DNA from: Phyllobates terribilis
Taxonomy: Eukaryota
NCBI RefSeq assembly: GCF_046119375.1
Contig: NW_027362767.1
Span: forward strand, 84,010,001-84,074,000
DNA: 64,000 nucleotides
Reading direction: 5' to 3'
In this document: positions 24,681 to 36,152 of the stretch, piece after piece
How positions within the stretch are numbered: position 1 is the stretch's first letter
Layout: every line of letters begins with the position of its first letter
Translations under genes and position numbers: made by a program
Notes under the pieces: model-generated
What the model saw: only the letters and a program-made list of their open reading frames with translations
Told to the model about the DNA's origin: nothing
The model's database searches: none

Positions 24681-26029
24681 ACATTATTTGGTTCAAAATG
24701 GCCATTTTTTTGTCACCTGGGCATTGATCAGTTTCAGGACCAGATCAGATTCTGCCCATTTACAGACACCACAATATAGCTTTATGAGATTTACATTGTG
24801 GAATCTTAATTAATTGCTCAGATAATCACAGCAGTAATTATCATAGGCGAGAGAACCGATACCTTTGGGTTTATAGCGTATTACACAGATATATTACACG
24901 GTGATTTTGATAACCATTACAGTATGTTACAGATAAGTTGTTTCTGATTGTATGTATTAATATTTTTTATTGGGATTCATTTATCAAAACAATCTGACAT
25001 GAAAATGTCCATGTTGCCCATAAAACCCAATCAAGTTACTCATTTTATTTTTTATATGGTGAGGTGGATTCCTAATCCATAGGTCCATATGAGCAGCACG
25101 GACCAAAGGTGATGGCACAGCTAGGAGGAACTGCCAGATGGTACATGGATCATCTAGAACACAGACTGCAGGATGGCAGGCAAACAAGCAGGAAACAGCA
25201 GAGCCTGGAGTGTAGACATACACAGGAACTGTAGATGTATAGTCTGCACGTGGCTTGTAGCAAACAAATGGTTAATTACAGAGATGTATGTTATCAGCTG
25301 ACAGATGGTCCTTGACAGGGACATAGGCAGCAGTGATGAATAGGCAAACTAATTGTGTAGAGAAGATGCAGCAGGGTTTGTAGTGTGAACAACACCAAAG
25401 GAGAGTTTGTTAAGCTTAGAGCAGACGAAAGGTTAATCAGCAGGTCTGAGCCAGGATGAAAGTGCAGATAGGAGTGACCCAACAAGAAGTAAGCTAAAGA
25501 GATGATTGCCACCTGAGATTATTGAATGGTGAGGCAAACTCCAAAGCCTACAGCAACTGAACACAAAGCTTACTGAATACTCAGACACACGCAGCTGTCT
25601 GAGTCAGCCTTCAAAGCCCTAGAGTGATGATGTCACAGGATTTTTCTTGGATTCCACATTATTATTGCTGAGCTTGTGGCTATAGTATTTAAATGGATTT
25701 ATAGTGTTACATACTGTAAAACCTTACATACCGTGTATGTCTCTAATATATCATTATTTGCCTTTTCTTTGTTCAACACTTCTATTTTTATTCTGTTTTT
25801 AGATATGTTGGTAATTTATTAATAAAGATTGTATTATATTACTTGGGTGTTTTGCTTCCATTACTCATCGGTTGTATAGTTTATTTGGGAGTATCTCTTT
25901 AAATAAAAAATGTTTGGTCATTGCTTTTGGGTATATAAGGGGTTATTATACAGTGTAGGGGCATCATACAGTTTGGGGGGCATTATACTGTGTATAACGG
26001 AACATTATACTGTGTATAGGGGAGTATCA

Positions 26030-26845
26030 TACTGTGTAGAGGGGAGCTGTGGTGACATGATACTGTGTAGAGGGGAGCTGTGGTGACATGGTACTGTGTA
26101 AAGGGGAGCTGTGGTGACATGATACTGTGTAGAGGGGAGCTGCGGTGACATCATACTGTGTAGAGGGGAGCTGTGATGACATCATACTGTGTAGCGGGGA
26201 ACTGTGGTGACATCATACTGTGTAGAGGGGAGCTGTGGTGACATTATACTATGTAGAGAGCAGCTGTGGTGACATTATACTGTTTAGAGACGAGTTGTGG
26301 TGAACTCATACTTTGTAGAGAGGAGCTGTGGTGACCTCATACTGTGTAGAGGGGAGCTGTGGTGACATCATACTGTGCAGAGGTGAGCTGTGGTGACATC
26401 ATACTGTGTAGAGGGAAGCTGTGGTGACATCATACTGTGTAGAGGGGAGCTGAGGTGACATGATACTGTGTAAAGGGGAGCTGTGGTGACATGATACTGT
26501 GTAGAGGGGAGCTGCGGTGACATCATACTGTGTAGAGGGGAGCTGTGATGACATCATACTGTGTAGCGGGGAACTGTGGTGACATCATACTGTGTAGAGA
26601 GGAGCTGTGGTGACATCATACTGTGTAGAGGGGAGCTGTGGTGACATTATACTATGTAGAGAGGAGCTGTGGTGACATTATACTGTTTAGAGACGAGTTG
26701 TGGTGAACTCATAGTTTGTAGAGAGGAGCTGTGGTGACCTCATACTGTGTACAGGGGAGCTGTGCTGACATCATACTGTGTAGAGGGGAGCTGTGGTGAC
26801 ATCATACTGTGTAGAGGGGAGCTGTGGTGACATCATACTGTGTAT
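26030..26845. repeat. 31-bp minisatellite (~26 copies) within a non-autonomous element (~25950-27595)
   Basis: Unit ACTGTGTAGAGGGGAGCTGTGGTGACATCAT. Downstream 27270-27400 resembles the reverse complement of 13330-13430; hAT-like end CTACGCCTCTG near 27588-27598. Confidence 0.92.
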
Positions 26846-27976
26846 AGATAGAGGAGCTGTAAAGGGGGGAGACTTGGGACATTATTAAATATTAAGTAGT
26901 CACTTATTGATATAGAGGCACTCAGGGTATTGTGACTGTCTATGAGAACACATGGCATTATTATTTTAAATGGGGCAAGATGTAGACACTGTTTTCTAGA
27001 GCACTTACACAGTGCATTAATATATTCTAGAGGTTTGTCTTACCATATAGAGGGCACAAAGGAGGCATTATTAATATATAAGTGTCACAGTGGTGGCATT
27101 ACTATGTGGGGCACTAAGAGGAGCCCTGTTTTTGTGCCACACAGCAGGTTCAGGAATAGGGACACAAACGGCAGCAGCAGCTCAGTATTGGGGTATCAGC
27201 AGGATGAGGAGTTTGTGCAAGTTGGGAATAGATGGGGATGGTGATGGAAATGTGAGAAATCAGATGTGTGTTTGTTGTAATCTCTGTAGACGAGTCCGGG
27301 CTGGAAGAAGTTGTCATGTCGGTCTGGGCCAGATGGAAAAGATGGGAAAAGTAATTGACTCCATCAAAAAGAACGTCAGCTGTAAGTCATCATCTATAAC
27401 TTACTGTAATCTTCTATATGATCTGCAGCACTGGTATCGGCCAGTATATGTCACCAGATGGCGGTAATATCAGTGTTGGTCTTTGTGTAGAGATTTATTT
27501 CCAGTAACAGCTCCATCACCTGCTGAGGTTACCTGGTTAGGGGCCTACTCAGATGTTTCCTCTCCCCATCGAACAAAACCACTTAACTACGCCTCTGAGA
27601 TCAGATCCTATTTGTCGGGAAATGTTCGCAATTTATTCCCAGCAAAGTAGTGTTGATTTAAAAATCTTATTTTTTTGCAGAAATCTTCGGATACATCCTT
27701 GATCATTCCATGTACTAACCAGACATAACCTTCCCAGTGAGCACAAAACCACTAACCAAGTCTTTGCATCTTTTATGAAGAGCAGTCATAGACTGAACAG
27801 CTACAATAGCTTTATTTTTCAGACAAGCTGGCAGTATCGGTATCACTCCCGTATCCCCTTTCTGCAAAGTATACCTTCCCGATACACATCAGCAACATCT
27901 GGTCACAAGATCTGCCAATAAAAGGCGCCGGAGCAGTCATCTGTACATAGTCCTTGCCCTGCTCGGTGTAGACACC

Positions 27977-28198
27977 ATGGCTTACATAGCTAAATCCTTC
28001 TACGACTTGCATGCTACAAACCTTGATGGGGAAAAGGTAGACTTTAACATTTTTAGGGGAAGGGTAGTTTTAATAGAAAACGTTGCTTCCCTTTGAGATA
28101 CCACCACCAAGGATTACACCCAGCTAAATGAGCTGCAATGCAAGTATCCACGTCGGTTTGTGGTGCTGGGATTTCCTTGCAATCAGTTTGGCTACCAA
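27977..28198 (+). CDS. GPX2: Glutathione peroxidase 2, exon 1 (selenoprotein; TGA 28094-28096 = Sec40)
   Basis: [74 protein letters not shown]; 222 nt, donor |gtaagt; the ORF track misses it because of the TGA. Confidence 0.95.
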
Positions 28199-28579
28199 GT
28201 AAGTGACTCTATAAATATAAATGTGTTTGGTGCCGTCACATCACTTACCAAGCGTCGTGCATACAGATACCGCAATCATAGCAGTTCCCACTCGGTGGGA
28301 CTGAAACCATGGAAACCTGCGAGGGAAGGACCTGAGAATGAGGATCTTCAAAAAGAATTTCTTTGGAAAAAAATGGAAAGATTTGTGACCAACATGAATG
28401 ATTTGTACAAGATTTTAGTAAATACTGTTATTATGGATGGGATTGTTAATGACGCAAGATCAGTGCAGCAGATCCCTAAAAGTAGCGTTAGGGAAAATCA
28501 CATAGAATTTGTGCTTTCTTGTAGGGTATGCAAAATAATCTGAATGGGGACATTTTTGTTTGCTTCCATAGTTTACCAG

Positions 28580-29249
28580 GTTTACGGGTTTACCGCGACA
28601 GAGAGGGGCTAGAAGACTGTAGTGTCTGATTTCACGTATTCCTGCATGGATTAGAAGCACTTCACCATCATATTAAACAGTGCAAGTTTCTGCTACCAGT
28701 GCAAGAGTTAATCTGCTCAGATGAGAGTCTCTGAAGCTTTCCTGCTTTATTAGTCTCAGCTGTTCAGTGTTGGCCACTCCCCTCAGCTATATATACTCAC
28801 CTGTGGCACTTAGAGATTGCCAGTTTTAGTTCATACTGCCTAGTTCTGGAGTTAGAGGAGTTGGTTGTTTGAGGAGGCGTTTGGAGTGTTGTTCAGAAGA
28901 CTGTTGCTTGGTGATTTGTCTGTGTGCATATCCTCATCTTCTCCTATTTGATTTTTCCTTCACTTCCCTGTGTTTCTCTCTGTTGCTTGTCAGTGCATAT
29001 TTGTATGATTGGTATTTTCATTTATCCCTGTACATCTTGCCTTGTTAGTCTGGTTTGCTTATTCTTATACATTTCTACTCCCCACTTCCCTGGGTGGAGG
29101 AGGGGACAAATAAGGGCTGATTTAGGAGCTCAGCAAGGCACGTGACCCCGGAGTCTTCACCTTCAGAAGTAATTCGGGGAACAGGGATAGACTAGGGCGC
29201 TCCTAGCTTTAAGGATAGCACCGGGATATCCTGCAACAGTGCCATGACA
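28580..29249 (+). mobile_element. Probable Gypsy-type solo LTR in the GPX2 intron
   Basis: TATA-like TATATATA, pyrimidine/T-rich tract, ends ...CATGACA; resembles anuran Gypsy LTRs; 5' boundary uncertain. Confidence 0.4.
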
Positions 29250-29821
29250 CATAAGTTGAAAGTTGCATATGAGTTTGCTAAAAATTTTTCCAGCCCAGAC
29301 AATTCTCAGAGCAAAGAATTTAAAAGCAGCAATCATCTCTTAGGCTCTGTTCACATCTGCATTTACTTTTTATTTTTTTGTTGTACTCTGACATATAAGC
29401 AGAACTGTGATATTAAAGAAGTTATTCAGGACTGTGATACTGATAAGCAGTCCTCAAGATAGGTCATCAATATCAGATTAGTGGAGGTCTGACTCCCGGC
29501 ACCCCCACCTATCTGGCATTATGTCCTCCGGTGGTGGTTGGATATAAACAGTGGATGGAGTCAGAACAGTTTGACCAATACACTGTGCAGTGGCCGTTAC
29601 CAGTAACTACAGGCTATTGAAGTGATTAGGAGCCGAGCTGCAGTACCCAGGAACAGCCACTGCACAGTGTACTGGTCTCACTGTTCTGACTCCGTCCATT
29701 GTTGACATTTAGCCACCACCAGAGCTCATAACAGCAACTCATTGGGGGTTACCAAGTGTCAAAACCCCAATCGATCTGATATTGATGACCTGTTATCCAT
29801 AGCACTATCTCATTAACCTAT

Positions 29822-30257
29822 TTAAAGGGGTTATCCAGGACTATTTTAATTTTTTACTGTGAGCCCAAGAACTAACCGGCAGGTAGTTGCTAACTATCTG
29901 CCTTTTATAGCCGGTGCCAATCATTGCCAGCACACAGAGTAGTCACAGACAGCTCCTGCAGCTTACACTGACGTCACATCGACGTCTTCTCTTCCACTCT
30001 GCTTTGTTGACGGTGAACCGGTGACGGGGAACCGGTTGTCAATTAGCATGATGTCAGCAGTCACACCCTGTCGATAGAGCCGAAGTGCAAGAGAAGAGGC
30101 TGCTCTGTTGACATGGAGCAGCTGAATCCACCTGCAGGAGCGGTCAGTGACAGCGCTGAGCCACCGCCAGATAGGAAAGGCAGGTAATTACTAACTACTT
30201 AGCAATTACCTGCCTGTTAGTTTTTTGGCTCATAGTAAAAAAATAATTTAGTCCTGG
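29822..30257. mobile_element. TTAA-type (T2-like) MITE in the GPX2 intron
   Basis: TTAAAGGGGTTATCCAGGACTA at the left and TAGTCCTGG at the right, with inner inverted arms (GCAGGTAGTTGCTAACT / AGCAATTACCTGC). Confidence 0.7.
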
Positions 30258-30535
30258 TAGTGCTGAATTCCTGACATGCTGCACTACAGCGGTGAACAAT
30301 CGACACTATTGTGTTCCATCTGGTTTCCTTCCATTAATGCTGAAAAAATAGAGCAGCATGCACGCTCTCCAGATACCGGCCATCATCTATGTAAAATTCT
30401 GGGATAGAATTGCACATTTACAGATACGCCTACAGCGGCCATAACCATGAACAGTAACTGCTAAGCAATGACGAGGACCCTGGGTGGAAAAAGACAGTTT
30501 TTTTTTCTTATCTTTCGTTTTATATTCATTTTTAG

Positions 30536-30886
30536 GAAAACTGTAAAAATGAAGAGATTCGAAATTCCCTGAAATACGTCAGACCCGGCAATGGCTTTGA
30601 AGCCGGTTTCACATTGTTCCAAAAATGTGAGGTCAATGGAAAAGGTACTCATCCGGTCTTCGCTTACTTGAAGGACAAACTTCCATCGCCAGAAGATGAA
30701 CCAGCCGGCCTGATCGCTGACCCCAGATATATAGTATGGAGTCCTGTACACCGATCTGACCTGTCCTGGAACTTTGAAAAGTTTCTCATTGGCCCAGAAG
30801 GAGAACCGTTCAAGCGCTACAGTAAAAGCTTTCCTACCTTAAACATAGAACCTGACATCCAGAGACTTCTGAAGCTTGCCAAATAA
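30536..30886 (+). CDS. GPX2: Glutathione peroxidase 2, exon 2
   Basis: Acceptor tttttag|GAA; [18 protein letters not shown]...[39 protein letters not shown]; total 190 aa; catalytic Q74 and WN present. Confidence 0.96.
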   Translation, partial: ENCKNEEIRNSLKYVRPGNGFEAGFTLFQKCEVNGKGTHPVFAYLKDKLPSPEDEPAGLIADPRYIVWSPVHRSDLSWNFEKFLIGPEGEPFKRYSKSFPTLNIEPDIQRLLKLAK

Positions 30887-31026
30887 TGTCACCCATAGTA
30901 TATAGCAGCGTCATGAAGAATTACTTCACTATTTGCCACGTGTTCAGAATTTGAAGTAGTAGTAAACTAAAAATATACACCATGTATGGTAATACTTATT
31001 TAAGTTTAAGTAGAACATATACACAC

Positions 31027-31418
31027 TTAAAGGGGTTGTCCAGGCTTGAGCGTGCGGTGCGTGCACTGTGAAGATTCAAAAGTCTGCAGGCACACAGAGT
31101 GAGTGCAGACTTTTACCCAAGCCTGGACAACCCCTTTATGCTGGCCATACATATTAATGGCTGAATGATTCTTTTGCCGATCGTTCAGTCGACTCTCCCA
31201 TACACTGAAACGCTCTATGAGAAAGCTGCCGACTGACACGTCCGCCAGCGGCTTATCTCCGGGAGAACAATGCGATCGGCAGTCCGAAATCAGACATACT
31301 CGATCGATATCTTCTCCGAACATCAGATGGCCGACGCCGCCATACACATTAAACTGTTGGCCAAACCTGTTTATATTGCCGTGTTCGGCTAACATTAGTC
31401 TCACGTGTATGGGGGCCT
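31027..31418. mobile_element. Two adjacent MITEs inside the GPX2 3' UTR (31027-31138 TTAA-type; ~31139-31418 Harbinger-like)
   Basis: TTAAAGGGGTTGTCCAGGCTTG / CAAGCCTGGACAACCCCTTTA; GGCCATACATATTA / GTGTATGGGGGCC. Confidence 0.8.
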
Positions 31419-31682
31419 TTACTTTTCTGTACTACTGCATGTCTGTAATATGCGGCACTGCCTGTTGGAGTGGCTAAAAGTACTGATAAATAAGGAGTGG
31501 GGGAGTCTACCCACATGGATAGATTGTGAACTGAAAGGCAACTGGTCATGTGCAAAAATGCGGAAGGAATCCCTCCCCGGCACATTGATTGACAGCTCGC
31601 TCTGCAGCACATCAGTATTGTACTGTAACTCAACCATATGTTCTTTTTACTTCTAAAATGTGACAAGTGCTCAGATGTTAGA

Positions 31683-31745
31683 CTTGTACTAGATGACTGT
31701 ATTCTTTTAAACACTGTGGAAGAGTACAAGAGTGTTGTATCAGGG
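31683..31745 (+). ncRNA. SECIS element of GPX2
   Basis: ATGA (31693-31696), 10-bp helix II TGTATTCTTT / GAAGAGTACA, unpaired AAA (31709-31711), 3' core AGAG (31729-31732), helix I CTTGTAC / GTATCAGG; lies 30-45 nt before AATAAA. Confidence 0.8.
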
Positions 31746-31776
31746 CTGTGTCTGAATACTGTTGTATTCTACCCAT

Positions 31777-31782
31777 AATAAA
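31777..31782 (+). terminator. GPX2 polyadenylation signal
   Basis: AATAAA just after the SECIS, followed by a GT/T-rich downstream element. Confidence 0.75.
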
Positions 31783-31853
31783 CATATACAATTGTATTTC
31801 TCTGTGTTTTGGTTCTTTACTATCCATAAAGTATATTGTTACATTCAATACAG

Positions 31854-32130
31854 AAACAAGGCAGAAGAAGAATCAACACCTTCAAAATGTGGTTCTGGAG
31901 AAGGATGTTATCAATACCATGGATGGCAAGAAGAACAAACAAATCAATCTTGGAATAAATCAAGCCAGACATATCACTGGAAGCAAGGATCACCAAGCTA
32001 CGACTTGCCTACTTTGGACACATCATACGAAGAGAGCAATCACTGGAGAAGGACACCATGGTCAGAAGAATAGAAGGAACAAGGCGAAGAGGAAGACCAG
32101 AAACCCGATGGCTTAACACAATCCAGATAA
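31854..32130 (+). mobile_element. RTE-clade LINE 3' ORF fragment (pseudogenised)
   Basis: RRRINTFKMWFWRRMLSIPWMARRTNKSILE*IKPDISLEARITKLRLAYFGHIIRREQSLEKDTMVRRIEGTRRRGRPETRWLNTI matches the RTE/BovB-type C-terminal W.WRR.L..PW...GH..R...G.R.RGR...RW signature. Confidence 0.85.
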
Positions 32131-32517
32131 CTAAATACATCACCAAAAATTAATTTTGCAGCTGAATATTGCATATGTAAATATTCACTGTACAAGTACT
32201 ACATCCTACTAATAAATGGATGAACGCTCTGTAGAAAGATTGATCTTGTGCAAGCCTAGACAGGTCCACCAGGGTCTTCTCCACCATTATCTGGATTGTA
32301 CATCCTACTAATGAACGTGAACAAACACAAACTAAGAAATAATTTGATAAAAAATATAATTTTATTAGTATATTAAGATAAAAATCACTTAAAAGCTATT
32401 ATATCTAGGGAAGAGGACCATACACAAAGGGAATTTCACAGTGAAACGTATAGAGAGTGGGTATAATAAAATAATGTTATTGAAATTATAAATCTGTACA
32501 TAGATATAGCAGCGGGG

Positions 32518-34078
32518 TCAATAAATATACATAGATAGAGAAAAATTCCAAGTGGATTGATACGTTATTAGTATACAAGAACCTTAGCAAATATCAAACA
32601 AACATACCATATAAGCAGGGAATAACACCGGATAAGAAAACCCCAGAACTTCGACGTACGTTTTGCTAGGTGGCTTTCTTGCGGAGTATGAACTCCTTGA
32701 GAAATCCACCTGCCGAAACGTATGTCAGAGCTCTGGAGTTTTCCTATTCTGTGTTATTCCCTGCTTATATGGTATGTTTGTTTGTTATTATCTGAGGTTC
32801 TTGTATTCTAATAACATATCAATCCACTTTAAATATGTCTCTATATATGTATATGTGGCGCCCCTGAGGGTTCGGTCGCCACAGAGGTACTGCATCTCAT
32901 CCAGAGGTGTGGCATCTCACTTTCAGGTAAGGAAGGAGTACTGCCCGGGACCCTAACACCTGCATCCAACACATTCCACTTCAGTGGGGGCAGGGCGAGA
33001 TTACTCCTAAGGGAGAGAACAGTCCCTGGTCCCTAGCTGAAGGGTGGAACTATGTAGAGGGTGTGGGTGGAGGAAGTAGATTAGGGGAGCACATGAAAGG
33101 AAGTAATATAAAAGAGGGAACCATCTTGGGAAGACAGTTCAGTTCAGTTGGAGGAGGAAAGTGAGGGGAGCAGGGGCTCTGCACGAGCTCTGCTCCCGAG
33201 AGGGTCTAGTGAGAGGCCCAAGACTGAGAAGAGGAGAGGAGCAGGAAGGAAGGGCTCCAGGAACGAGGAAGGGTAGTGCTGGAGGCAACCCGTACGCCCG
33301 AATCCACCAGGGGGTGGAGGGGTCGGGGTCAGGCCACACAAAGGGGACCGGTCCCTCAATTAGCAGAGTACTTTATGTCTCAACTAGAAACCGGAGGCTG
33401 CAGTATTTCAATTCCTGCAGCCAACAGTCCAAATCAGTCTCACCAAGAAGGTAGCCATAGAGGACCCAGGGGACGGAACAGACGTTGCCCGACAAGGCCC
33501 GTGGGTACCGGATTGGGACACTAGGTATGAGGTGCAGGGAGATGGCCAGAGAGAGAGAACACACAGAAGGGGGTCCCGCTAAGTACTCCGGAGATATCTG
33601 AGGGTTGACTGAACCCCTCCCTGAGTAAGCGCAGCACGATGAGGGAAGTTACACTGGTACCTGTAACTTGGACTGCAACAACCGTGAGTAAAGACCCTGA
33701 GGACTGCACCCCACTGTCTCTGTGATTATTATCTGCGCCAGCACCCCTGCACTACAACGCCCAGCATCACCTATAACATCTACCACATTCCCTGCCCTGG
33801 AGCTAAGCTCTGCCTGTGGAGAGCTGAACCAACCCTGCTGCATTAAACATCAGCTCCAGAGGTTCTGCACAGCAGCGGCGGCTCCATATAGCCGCATACC
33901 ACAGGTGGCGTCACGAACTATATACATAAAAAAACTATAAATCCCCTGTAAATATTCCCCTTTTGAATGACCGCCCTGGGTCACGGACCGGGTCACCGCC
34001 ACTGTGACATCTCCCCAAGCAACGACCGGCCCGGCACCAAGTACCCCACGGCCCAGGGGGCGCGTCATATATTTATTG
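32518..34078. mobile_element. Penelope-like inverted duplication (~170-bp arms) with two head-to-head hammerhead motifs, right arm split by a solo LTR
   Basis: Arms 32518-32687 and 32692-32853 plus 34072-34078 are reverse complements (e.g. ACAAACATACCATATAAGCAGGGAATAACAC / GTGTTATTCCCTGCTTATATGGTATGTTTGT). Confidence 0.72.
32854..34067 (+). mobile_element. Solo LTR (1214 bp), Gypsy family related to the element at 51762-60050
   Basis: TGTGGCGCCCC...GGGGGCGCGTCA; 4-bp TSD TATA (32850-32853 and 34068-34071); 3' portion similar in layout to the LTRs at 51762 and 58953. Confidence 0.88.
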
Positions 34079-34419
34079 AAATGTAAATCTATACTTACCT
34101 GTATGGCCCATAGTAGAGGTTTGATTGCAGAAAAATCTCTTTTTATTCAATCCGTCTTTCTAGGGTTATCGTCCGGGGACGCCAAGAAATGCCCGCCTAT
34201 ATGCTTCATTTAAATATCCCCCCCTCCCCTGCACATCACAATGCGCCTATAGCTGAAGGCGCTTTTTTTTTCTCCCTGCGCTATTTTACTTGTCTGCTCC
34301 AGTGCGCAGGCGCCAGGAGTCATTGTGACTTCCGCTCCAGTGACCTCCGGCGTGCGCAACAATGAGGTTTGGTCCCCACTTGCTCCCGGCACCCTGCTAT
34401 TCTTTACTTTTGAAAAAAT

Positions 34420-34590
34420 CCCAACCCAAAACACAACCCTAACCCCAACCTTAATACAACACAACCCTAACCCCAACCTTAATACAACCCCATCCCTAAT
34501 CCTAACCCCAACCCTAGTGTACAACCCTAACACAAACCTAACCCCAACTGCAACCCTAATCCTAACCCTAACACAACCCTAACCCTAACT
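34420..34590. repeat. Degenerate telomere-like (TAACCC)n tract inside a non-autonomous DNA element
   Basis: AACCCTAACCCCAACC...CCTAACCCTAACACAACCCTAACCCTAAC, embedded in MITE-like sequence (~34200-35135). Confidence 0.7.
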
Positions 34591-35388
34591 GCAAAGAATG
34601 GAAAAACATTTTTTTGTTTATTTTATCATTTTTATCTAAGGTGGGACTTGATTTATTTTTTTCTTTTTATCACTGTGATAGGGTTTATCACATTGATCAA
34701 AAGAAACCAATGGGTAAAATTCCTTATTGTTGATGGGTACCGGCCGGCAGATCTCAGATTTACAGGAAGATGACGGAAGGCCGGGCCACGGATCAGGAGA
34801 TCTGGGGGACGGCGGAGGTGGGCTTGGGGGCTTAATTTCTCTCTCCTCTGACAAGTATAACATGTCAGAGGAGAGAGAAATTATTGTAACTGTGGGCACT
34901 TTTTTCTTTTCATGATCACCACTATTCACCGAATAGCGGCGATCACGTGATCTAGGACTGGAAAAACCGGCCCTGATCATATTCTCCAGGGTCGCCGGTA
35001 GCTGAGACCCCGGAGAATTTCCGACTCTGGGGGGCGCTACAGCCTTATTCCTTAGCGACGCATTTTCACGGCGCTGAGGAATAAGTACCCTTAACTGCCG
35101 CCGTAAAAATGTGTTACGGCGGTCATTAAGAGGTGAAAAAACAAAATTATTAAAGCTATATAGGTAGATTTAGAACCTACAGAACTGGTTACTGACATTT
35201 TTTTTTCTGCAGAGAAGAAGCTTCCATCTTACAAATTACTCCTGGGTGGAAAACTTCAGATCTACTTGCTCTCACTGGCATAATAAATGCCTTCTCAGAT
35301 TGTCACAATTCACATGTATATAACTAAGAGGTCAGTCTTACCCATCATAAAGTACACTCAGTCAGGTTGCCAGAAATGCAAAAAAGAG

Positions 35389-35433
35389 CCCCAATGTATG
35401 TTTCGTATATTTGTGATATTGCTTCCTCAGGGG
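35389..35433 (-). ncRNA. Decayed hammerhead ribozyme motif (Penelope-like remnant)
   Basis: Minus strand reads tccc CTGAGGA A GCAATATCACAAATATAC GAAAC ATAC ATT GGGG; core and stem I intact, stem III disrupted. Confidence 0.55.
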
Positions 35434-36152
35434 ATTGGAACACAAAACTAAACCGCAGGTCCTTAAATGTGTTATAGTCGGAGGTCACATGACCGCAAAT
35501 CCTCTAATTTAGTCCGGGTGGGTGGCACATGAGCACTACACCAACCACACCACCCGCAGCCATCAAGGTAGCCTGCGCACAGTCGGAAAGCAGAGAAATG
35601 TCACCATGGCCACCGAGTATGCGCAGACACCATGCAGATGCAGAGAGAAGCGAGGGGCACGTAATGGTGTTACACGCACATCGGACAGCACAGGGAATGA
35701 GAGGCACAAGTGCGGAGAGGTGGAAGCAGGCATGTGACTGCACGATAAAGGGACAGTGCAACTGATATACAGTGAAGGTGTCACAAATGTCCATACATAA
35801 AACATATAAAGGTAAAATTACCATATAAAAGAAAGGGCAGCAGTACTACAAACATAAAAACTATTGTCCTTTACATAAAGTGATATGTGTAATGCATATT
35901 ACAATTAGATATCCACATGTCGCCAAGTTCTCAGAAGGATTTCCATTACCCACAAGTGTCTTTCTAATTAAACTTTACCATAGACCGAAACATAAAATGG
36001 ATGGATATCAAAATCACAGAAACTGCAGAAAAGAAACAGGGCCAATAGAAAACAATGAAAAATAATACAATGAAGTAAAAAAAAATGTTATAAAGAACAA
36101 TGGCAAAGTGTTTACTCTACAAAAAAAAGGGCGAAACTCAATGTTTCATTTA

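Noticed and set aside
27780-27976. Nrf2 antioxidant response element in the GPX2 promoter
   Set aside because: ATGACTGCTC occurs twice on the minus strand but does not fit RTGAYnnnGC; only a TATA-like AATAAAA (27917-27923) is evident.
28094-28096. Premature stop making GPX2 a pseudogene
   Set aside because: The TGA is at the canonical Sec40 position and a SECIS is present.
28280-28320. tRNA T-arm/B-box-like GGTTTCAGTCCCACC on the minus strand
   Set aside because: No A box or cloverleaf could be built; too short to call a tRNA or SINE.
28160-28543. 127-aa ORF starting [12 protein letters not shown]
   Set aside because: It is the end of GPX2 exon 1 read through the donor into the intron.
30911-30960. 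Proximal SECIS candidate at TCATGAAG
   Set aside because: No helix II with apical AA and an opposing GA core; the distal candidate fits far better.
34091-34101. ATACTTACCTG, identical to the U1 snRNA 5' end
   Set aside because: The match ends after 11 nt; it is a consensus 5' splice-site motif on the opposite strand within a repeat.
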